DNA of 62,966 bases, the filler included, from Corallochytrium limacisporum Hawaii (Eukaryota > Protista > Pluriformea): the NCBI GenBank assembly GCA_002811645.1. It is 5 parts of 5 records of this genome, joined end to end, with 100 filler letters (N's around TTAATTAATTAA, not from the genome) between each part and the next. Parts side by side here need not be neighbours in the genome. Positions count along the whole stretch, not along the records: positions 53,665 to 60,967 come from PDIP01000203.1; positions 61,068 to 62,966 come from PDIP01000030.1; 3 more parts are not named here. The stretch is one strand, 5' to 3'. The notes under the pieces are model-generated. The model ran no database searches and was not told where the DNA came from. It saw nothing but the letters and a program-made list of their open reading frames with translations. Position numbers and translations under genes: made by a program. The stretch's first letter is position 1. The number at the start of each line of letters is the position of its first letter. Of this stretch, positions 55,131 to 62,966 are shown in pieces.

Positions 55131-56514
55131 TTTGAACAACGGGTATGTTTACGTGTTTGTAGCAACGAATTTCTTGAGATCGCTATGTACATGGTTAGTT
55201 TTTCTTCTTATATTTGATGGTGTTCTGTAGTTCACTATAAATAGTTCGCCAGGAGATATTGCATGGATCACACGCATACTTTTCCGAAAGCCACAGACGC
55301 TTTGTCTCTCGCTCGCTCGCTCTCTCTCTCTCTCATCCACGGACATGTGCAAAGTACGCACACAAATGAATTCTGCGCATCTTGCTAAGATGTGGGCGAC
55401 GGCGCTCGTGCAAGCTCTTGTTTAATCTGGTGTATGCAGACTTGTGGGTCGATGCACCCGTGCATCCTTTCACATCGTCTAGTTGACTATGACTCCACCA
55501 CGGTCTCCGTAGCCGCAGGAAAGGGTTTAAGGTCAAGGGAACAAAAGAATTGGAAGGTAGACTGCGGCAGGAAGAGTGCGCACAGTGGGGGAGGGAAGGG
55601 GAAATATGGGTGTAATACTGTATTTGAAGTACCTAAGACGTCATAATCCTTCCCGCAAAGCCTCCGCAAACGGACACATGAACGCCAGTACCCGATAACC
55701 CCCGCTTTTCAGTCGTAGGTTTTCAAGGAATTCAGCGTTTGACCCGTACTACATTTCGGAGGGATTGAAGCTCTCGTATCCGTTTTACTATACAATACAC
55801 TGGAGGCTACACAATGCGAGACCTTTTGGACGTTTATCAGTGGTATTAGATCTATCAGCGATTTGCAAGTTCCTGGTTTGTCCACCCGATGGCCGAACGT
55901 ATCTCCCCGATGTTTGTCAATGGTTGTTGCGGTTCCGGGTTCACAGGCATAGGGAGGGCGCAACTCTAAAAACGCCCTCCCTCGTGCGGCCCCCCTCCCC
56001 AAAACGAAAGAAACTTCCTCCCCTCCCCCTCCCCCTCCCCTGGAGGGCGGGAGGAAGTGGAGGGAGCTAATTTGGGCCCCCCCACCTTAGCAGTGCCGAC
56101 AGTGCGGTGCAATTCAGACTCGCGAAAAACCCTCTGCCTGTTCAACCGGTTTGAATCACCAAGGCCTGCCTGAGTAGTCATACTTTAATATACGGTGGAC
56201 ATGCTTTAGTGAACAGGCAACATCATTCGTTTGTGTGCAAAATGCCAGTACTATCAAGTCAAACTATGAGGGTTCCATTTATTTTGAAATCTTGTGAAAC
56301 GTGTGTGACAGAAGTGGTAGTAGCACCCAATATTGATCACTGGATTCAGTTTTGGCCGTTGGTTAACCGAATCATATAAAAAAGTACAGTTGGTACATCA
56401 ATCGGATCCCCACAAGACATCAAGAGGAAACTACACATTATGCCTTCTCTACCAGCAAGAAGTACTATATTGTGTTCATTGTAATAGTCCGGGGGCAAAT
56501 GCAGCAAGTGATAT

Positions 56515-57963
56515 TTAGCATCCTGCAGCAGCTGCTCCACAGGCACCTCCGTCTCCGCACTTGACACAGACCTTACCAGCACTAGGTGTGCTCTTGTTAC
56601 CACACTGGCAACCACCATTTTGGCACTGAGCACAAGCGGTGCTAGTAGTGTCAAACCAACACCTGCCTCCGTTGTTGGATTTGGTGTAGTCGTTGAGACT
56701 GCAGCTGTCAGAGTCATCAGAGTCATCACCACAGCCGTCTTTCCAGTCCTTGTAGGCTCCATCGCAGGAATCGTGGTCTCCACATTTCACGCAAACGTGA
56801 CCCCATTCGGGTTTTCCGGAATCACCACACTGGCACCCCCCGTTCTGGCAACTTGCACAGTCTTTGTTGTTCTTGTCCCACCAGCAGGAATTTCCCGTGT
56901 CCTTTGCCGTGTATGTGTTAAGACACTTTCCTCCATCATCATTGCCACCATCATCATTGCCACCGTCATCATTGCCACCATCATCGGATCCACATTCGTC
57001 AGAGTTGGGATCAATGTTGCGCATGGACGCCCATTTCCATTGCAGGTTTGTGACGTCATCGGAGCGGAAAAAGTTGACATAACCCGTTCCAAGCACGGGC
57101 GTGTTCTTGTCAGTGAGACCAGAAGGAATTGAGAAATCATAGCCGCAGCTAAAGTCTGATACAACAACGGGCCAGTCGCCGTCGTCGACATACTCGAGGT
57201 GCAACTTCCAGTCACCACCATTGCGGCCCTCTGTCTCGTCCAGGTACACTTGAAGCGTGTTTGAGCGATTGTCAGAATTAGTCTTGATGATGAATTTGAT
57301 ACCAATCCAGTTGCGGTAGTTGACATTGGTGTTCACGATCTGACTGTTGGTGTAGCGGGATTTCGAGGAGTCGTGGTAGAACTCTTTTTGGATGCGAAGG
57401 GTGTTGTCGTGGAAGTAGAGACGCGCATGGTATCCCCGGGCATTACAAGGAGTGGCAGCTCTGTCGTTGTGGCGGGATCGAGCAACCATAGTGATGCCTG
57501 AGTAGGTGGTGGAGCCAAAGCTGCCGGCCAACTTCGCATAGGCGGTAAATTCTACATTCCACCAATTCTTTGCCTCGTTGTAGACCTGAAAACGGGGTTG
57601 CCAGCCATCCATGGTGAATATACCGTTAGCAAAGCTCCAGTTGCCGGTGCCTGAGGTGAGACAACGGTCGTCATAGGGATCCCAACGGCCTGGGCGGTCC
57701 ATGGAACGGGAGGCGTCCCAATCGGCATACCAATCCGTACTGTCTACACTAGGGTGAAATTGCTGGATACCAAACTTATCAAGACAAGTGGCAGCTCGTG
57801 TGGAGACAGTGTGTGCCTGGACGGCAGACATATCCACGTGCTCGAATACCTCTTCATGGTCAGGGATAGCAAGCTCGGAGTCCTTGGCTTCCAGATTGGC
57901 CACAGAGCTGGCCTCCACAGAGATGCCAGCAATAAGGGCAACAATTGCAGAAAATTTCCACAT
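56515..57963 (-). CDS. Secreted protein: prokaryote-like putative beta-sandwich/carbohydrate-related domain + DDGGN linker + two 8-Cys repeats
   Basis: Signal peptide MWKFSAIVALIAGISVEA (ATG 57963). Domain DKFGIQQFHP..WWNVEFTAY..QKEFYH..WIGIKF..W..DDGDW..FRSD. Repeats CW[WF]D..CAxCQNGGCQCG..VCVKCGD..C twice. Confidence 0.8.
   Translation of the reverse strand: MWKFSAIVALIAGISVEASSVANLEAKDSELAIPDHEEVFEHVDMSAVQAHTVSTRAATCLDKFGIQQFHPSVDSTDWYADWDASRSMDRPGRWDPYDDRCLTSGTGNWSFANGIFTMDGWQPRFQVYNEAKNWWNVEFTAYAKLAGSFGSTTYSGITMVARSRHNDRAATPCNARGYHARLYFHDNTLRIQKEFYHDSSKSRYTNSQIVNTNVNYRNWIGIKFIIKTNSDNRSNTLQVYLDETEGRNGGDWKLHLEYVDDGDWPVVVSDFSCGYDFSIPSGLTDKNTPVLGTGYVNFFRSDDVTNLQWKWASMRNIDPNSDECGSDDGGNDDGGNDDGGNDDGGKCLNTYTAKDTGNSCWWDKNNKDCASCQNGGCQCGDSGKPEWGHVCVKCGDHDSCDGAYKDWKDGCGDDSDDSDSCSLNDYTKSNNGGRCWFDTTSTACAQCQNGGCQCGNKSTPSAGKVCVKCGDGGACGAAAAGC
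56933..56985 (-). repeat. 15-nt coding tandem repeat (DDGGN, about 3.5 copies)
   Basis: (CCATCATCATTGCCA)n on the plus strand, one mismatch. Confidence 0.9.
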
Positions 57964-60444
57964 GATTGAACGACAGCAAAACCAGAACACACAGATTTCA
58001 CCAAACAATGGAAGTAAACTGTGGAGGGTTTGCGTGTTTGTTTCTCCTACCTTTGGGTTGACGACTTTATATACCTTGCCGATCTCGACTTGACACATTA
58101 TTACCACGAGGAGAAGACCGATTTAATGTACAATAGACTATGTGTAGATTACAGAGTTTTCTGTACTCTCTGTTTCCCCTCAACACCTAATGCAGACCAT
58201 CATAACCCGTGATACCTAGTCAATGGCAGTCTGCGCCCTTGGACGTGGGGTATCTCGGTCATCCAAGGATCTGAATAAACTGCCAAACGCTACTACGCAA
58301 CTCCAGGTTACAGTAGTTATGTGTGACTGTGGGTGTCTTGAAGCAACCTTCGACAGACGCTGCCTGTGTGGTTGCACTTGGCTTTCTACGGCTTTGGCTT
58401 AGTTCCTTTCCCCTCCCTTCCGTCACCCAGTCTGGATCCAGCTCCTTGTTTTCCTTCGTTTCCCCCTCCCTCGTCAGATTATTATCCAAGGTGACACGTC
58501 AATCCACAATTAAACTGGCGACCTTAGTGGTATACTGAAAGAGTTGAAAATCCTCATCATTGTCGTATTGATACGTGCCCGAAACACGAACTGTTGTGTT
58601 TGAAAGGGATCTTCCTTAACCCTCCCCCCTTTTATTCTTCTTTCCCCCCTCCCTTCCCCCCCAGGGGTTTGTTGTCCGTCGGCACTTCCAACTTTCTCGC
58701 TTTGGACATCTATACTACCACCACCTCCATCAGGATGGCGACAATAGAAAGCAAATCTCCAGCTTAATCCCGTCCCACACAGGTACAACCATCCGAACAC
58801 CGGAGGGGGGATCTGTGCTGGGTACGGGGGTGTTGCGTGTGAGATTTTAGCGGGCGTTCGGTCCGGAGCCATATTGCACCGATTTTTGATGTCCGTGGGG
58901 TTTCCCTGATGCCGCTGGCAAGGCATTGGTTGGATCGATTAACATTTCGTCCGACTCGATGCATTGGTGGTGGTGGGCTGTGGATTGTGTGCTTTGAAAC
59001 TTGCGCTCTCTGCCTCTCCGTCTCGTTCGATTGGGTGGGGCCCTCCCGGACGCATGTAGGCTTGAAGGACTGGGAGCAAGCGTCCGCCCCACGAAGTGAA
59101 CAAATCATTCATGCACTTCTTTGCCCTTAAAAGTGCATTTGTAGTAACCTGTAAGACAGCATTACTTTTTTTTGAGATCTTATTTTTTTTTGGTCGTCGC
59201 ATCGTCACCGTCACCTACGGAAGTGGCCGGGTTAATAGGCCGGCTCTGAGGCGTTTCCATCGACGCTGTCCGCACTTTCCCCTTCCCATCTCGTTCGTCC
59301 GCGACGAACATACTTGTTCTCAGGCGGTTCACCCTGCGCTATTGCTATTCGTTGGTAGTCCTTGCTGGTAACAACGTGTTACTGTTTACCAGCTGCTCTT
59401 AGTAGTAGAACAGTGCCTTGGTTATGACATTGTTGTAGGCAACTGAGGGGACCCGATTTGCTTCACCACGTTGAAACGAGCTGGAGTGTGACCGAAGGGA
59501 ACCCCACGAGGAATTGAATCCAACTGCCCCTCCCTTTCCCTCCGACCTCTCTAGTGTGCGCACACTCATACGTGAGTAAAGAGTGACAGGCCAGGGCGAT
59601 GGGTGGGGCAATGGATCGGGCAGCGGTTAGTGGCCGGGTGGGGCGGGAGGCGGTAGATAGCATTCGATTCCGGAGATGAGAAACTCTTTCTTGTTTTGAT
59701 GTTGTATTGCTATGCTCAAATGCCCCTGCCGGTGCGTTCTCTAGGTTTGTCAATTTTGTCTTCTAGGAAGAAGACGCAAAGATTGTATTGAAATCATCAC
59801 CATCAATGTTTATCTGCTCGTTTCCAATTCATGACATCCAATCAACGGCCCTGCACTGATTTAGGGAAGAAAGTGTAAGCTGGCGGACATCAAATCGCTG
59901 CTTGACCTGCACAGCAGTGCAATAATTTTGATGCCTTAACTTTATGAACCTCTATGCATGGTTTGCTCGGCGAATCGCGGTGCTGTGGTCCTGACGGTTG
60001 GAGGTGCAATCGGGTAACATACCATCGGCCACGCGATCCATAGAGGCAGCATCATCTGTCCTCTGCCCACATCCGATAACACCACGGGAACGGTAAGGCA
60101 ACGCAGAAACCTCCGAGGCATTACCATTACCGAAGTAACCTGTCAGAACACTACCATCATTTCTTTCACTGGCAAGTGTGGCCAAATGTTAGTGTCTGTG
60201 ATAACGTGTGTGACAACCATCGCCGGAATGGCGCAAGGTGTTAGAAGCGAGACCATCCCTGAACTTCTGTGCGTTCCGGGGGTAGGAACCTTACACAAGT
60301 TTTCAGTGCTGTTTCCAATCTCCATTGTTCCACAGTGATACGCATTCGCCCTCCCACTCCCAATATGTGATTCGCATGGTGAGCAACCATTCGATGACTC
60401 TACCAAGACGCGATACACAAAGTAAGGAACACAACAATGAAATG

Positions 60445-60467
60445 TGCACACACACACACACACACAC
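60445..60467. repeat. (CA)n microsatellite (similar tracts near 19143-19163; (GA)n near 18512-18528)
   Basis: Direct inspection of the dinucleotide runs. Confidence 0.85.
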
Positions 60468-60967
60468 CATGCAGGATGCTTCTAAATTTCTGGTCTCTGA
60501 GGTGTGCTCCGGCGGATAGTGTACAGTTCGTCATTGGTTACCGAAATAGAACGTTTGATGATCTCCTGCTAGTTGGTGCTATCAATACGTAACTCAGATA
60601 GTCAATGGGCGCTTTCAAAGCTGACTGTGGGGGAGGCTGTTCACCTTGGAGTTTAGATCACTTCGTCCCAACTACGTCTTTCTCGTCACTTGTTACATCT
60701 CGGCCGTGATGTGCAGTTTAGTCACCTTTCTTGTTTAGCACGCATCCACAAACACTGACCGCATAATGGCAACCAATCAGTGTAATTTCATGGGCGTGCT
60801 GAATGAACCAACGGCCCGAGGCACCTGAAGTAATAGGGAATTTCAAACGGTGTGCGACGGGAAAGATGGTTTGCGAGGAAACAAGGAGCGGAAGATAAGC
60901 GGACTTGTTGGTATCGAGAGAGAACGTGAAAACGCAAACACTTTCCCCCCCCCCCCTCCCCCCCCCC

Positions 60968-61067
60968 NNNNNNNNNNNNNNNNNNNNNNNNNNNNNNNNN
61001 NNNNNNNNNNNTTAATTAATTAANNNNNNNNNNNNNNNNNNNNNNNNNNNNNNNNNNNNNNNNNNNN
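60968..61067. other. Artificial contig spacer
   Basis: N44-TTAATTAATTAA-N44. Confidence 0.97.
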
Positions 61068-61138
61068 CGATCCGGTATATATTTTCGAACGAAAATTTTG
61101 GTTGGATACGGAGTATACATTCAACTCAGAGGATAGTA
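61068..61138 (-). mobile_element. Second, identical copy of the element terminus seen at 1-62, at a contig start
   Basis: 62/62 identity with nt 1-62, with unrelated flanks after the TA. Confidence 0.72.
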
Positions 61139-62966
61139 GTAAAGAGGGCAAGAATGGAAAGGCTCTTACCTACCTTCTCCTCCCCGGGCCTCCCTAGGCC
61201 GCTGCTTCTCCTCTTTTAATTCGTGAAGGTTTGTGGACATGTGCAAAGTCATCATCGGCCATCTCCTCCTCGTCCCGATCTCTCTACCCAGAGCAAGCGC
61301 ATCACTACACCGGCCAACGCACCACCGGCACGCAGCACCACATTTGGTCTGTCTGGCTATGAGATCTGTTCACCCTTCTGACCTCGGCTTTCTGTGTTCT
61401 GCCTCTGACTTTCGGAGTTCTGGGATCTCCCATACATTTTAACGCTGTCAGTGACGCGACTTCTGCTTTGCCCTTGGGGAGAGTGCACAATTTTTTTTTT
61501 TGATTTCTTCTTTCTTTTTCTTTTTCTTCTACTTGCCGGCCTGGTTGTTTCCTCTTGCCTTTCCACTGGTCGGTTTCACGGATCTCTGATCTGATCTTCA
61601 TATTTTCGTCCTACCGAGCAACAGTGATCCCCCCGAAGAAGTTCCCCATTCCTTTGTGTTGTACACTGCCGGGTGTCCATATGACGAAGCACGCAACGAA
61701 CACCTGCTAACGTGGCGGTACTTAGAAAACAAAGCCTTGGATAGGGGGAGGTAGAGAGCGCGAGGAAAACAGACAAAGACAGATAGTGCGTACGTGCCAC
61801 GCACAGAGAGAGAGCGTGATAGATAGATAAAATAAATGAAAAACAAAAAGGGGAAGGCCCCCCCCCGGGGGGGGGACAACAGCCAGATCCCAAGAGAATG
61901 TTAGACCCAGCAGCCACACCGAACTGAGGAGGCAATCTCAAAGAACAGCAAGAAAACAAATCGGCAATGGCGGCCAAGAAATATAACCGGAAACGAACGA
62001 GAAGAAGTAAAAAGAAAAAAGGAGACGGAAAGTAGAAGGAAGGCAGCGCGAACGCCGGGGAGGATGAGGGGCGGGCCCCTCGGGGGGAGAAAGGGAGGGA
62101 ATGGGTCGAGAGATTAGGGGACGCGCCGGGGTACCCCGCAAAGATAGTGATCCTGATCGAAGACGAAGGCAAAACACCAAAGAAAGATCAAACGAGAAGG
62201 TATACCAGAGGGAGGAAGGAGAGCCAAGAAAAAGAGAACATTGTACTAGCAGAAGAGCCCGCGACGCAAGACGAAGAAACGCTCGCCATCCTCCATCATC
62301 ATCACACCTGCAGGGATCGGTCGCTTTGGAACCACGCGGAAGCCAAAAAAAAGCAATGAAACCCTTTGGAATTGGGAAGTACCGAAGGGCTAGGCCTGGA
62401 GTGCCACCGCAGTGCCACACCCCCCACCCCCTTCCGGAACCGGAGGAGGGAAGGGAGGGTAGCGAGAGTGAGAGACCCAGAGGAAAGCGGGATCAGAACG
62501 ACCCTTGGGGGGGGGGGATCAGCGGAGAGAACGGCATAAGAAAAAAAACATAGAGAATAAACGGTGAAGAAAAATCCACAAACACACACAAGAGACAAAA
62601 CCGGCAACCAGACCGGAGACAAGGAAGGAGGGAGAAAGTGGGGGGGAGAGAGAGAGAGAGGAAACGCAAGTGCGAGTGGGGATCACCCGTACCGGTAAAA
62701 GTAAAAATAAAGAAAACGAAAATCACCTTTTTCTCTGAGTTCCTTTTCTTTTTAATAATGTTTCCTCTTTCTCCTCGCTGTCTACCCTTCCCCCTGCTCT
62801 TCCTGATCATCCTCTCTATCCCCGTTCTTGTTTTTTTTTCTTTCTTCGCCCCCTTTATTTTCTTTTCTCACTTTTCCTTTCTTTTTGTACCTCTCCGTTA
62901 CTTTTTTGTGTCGCTTTTTTTCCTTCTTTCGTCTTTCTTTGTCTTTGCGGGCTTCCCTTCCCCCCC

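Noticed and set aside
14248-56120. CAATTCAGACT (RNase P RNA CR-V-like) near 14249 and 56110
   Set aside because: No matching upstream GGAAnnTCTGAG CR-I partner at the right distance in either case.
24288-61067. Recurrent TTAATTAATTAA between N runs as a biological repeat or piggyBac TTAA site
   Set aside because: Identical 100-nt construct with stops in all six frames; it is an artificial concatenation linker.
1-62966. tRNA, rRNA, snRNA genes, TPP riboswitch, CRISPR array
   Set aside because: No recognisable conserved cores or regular repeat-spacer pattern by eye; divergent small RNAs could have been missed.

Overview
Compact, nearly intronless eukaryotic genomic DNA. It is five contigs/scaffolds joined by artificial 100-nt spacers (N44-TTAATTAATTAA-N44), with one internal N gap, so gene adjacency across spacers is not biological. 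The gene set (GRAF-type RhoGAP, SCAPER, ORP9/10/11-type OSBP, RNF121, METTL9, GLI/GLIS-type zinc finger, animal-like actin C-terminus) points to a unicellular opisthokont, probably a holozoan; an intron-poor Corallochytrium-like lineage is an inference only. About 24 protein-coding genes or fragments are supported. Three are missed or mis-called by the ORF track: a spliced NDUFC2, a spliced TADA1 and an actin 3' end. Main observations: (1) five contig ends are termini of related TA-flanked Tc1/mariner- or Stowaway-like elements (TA-C[CT]AHCCTCTG), one of which truncates an S28 peptidase gene; (2) a complete [FeFe]-hydrogenase with a mitochondrial-presequence-like N-terminus, in an assembly that also encodes a complex I subunit; (3) a GLI/GLIS-like transcription factor with six fingers, the last one duplicated; (4) a CBA1-like, probably GPI-anchored B12/metal-chelate binding protein; (5) a membrane-anchored Agd3/CBM87-like domain without its catalytic domain; (6) a secreted protein fusing a prokaryote-like domain to two 8-Cys repeats. 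All family assignments are from recalled motifs, not database searches.
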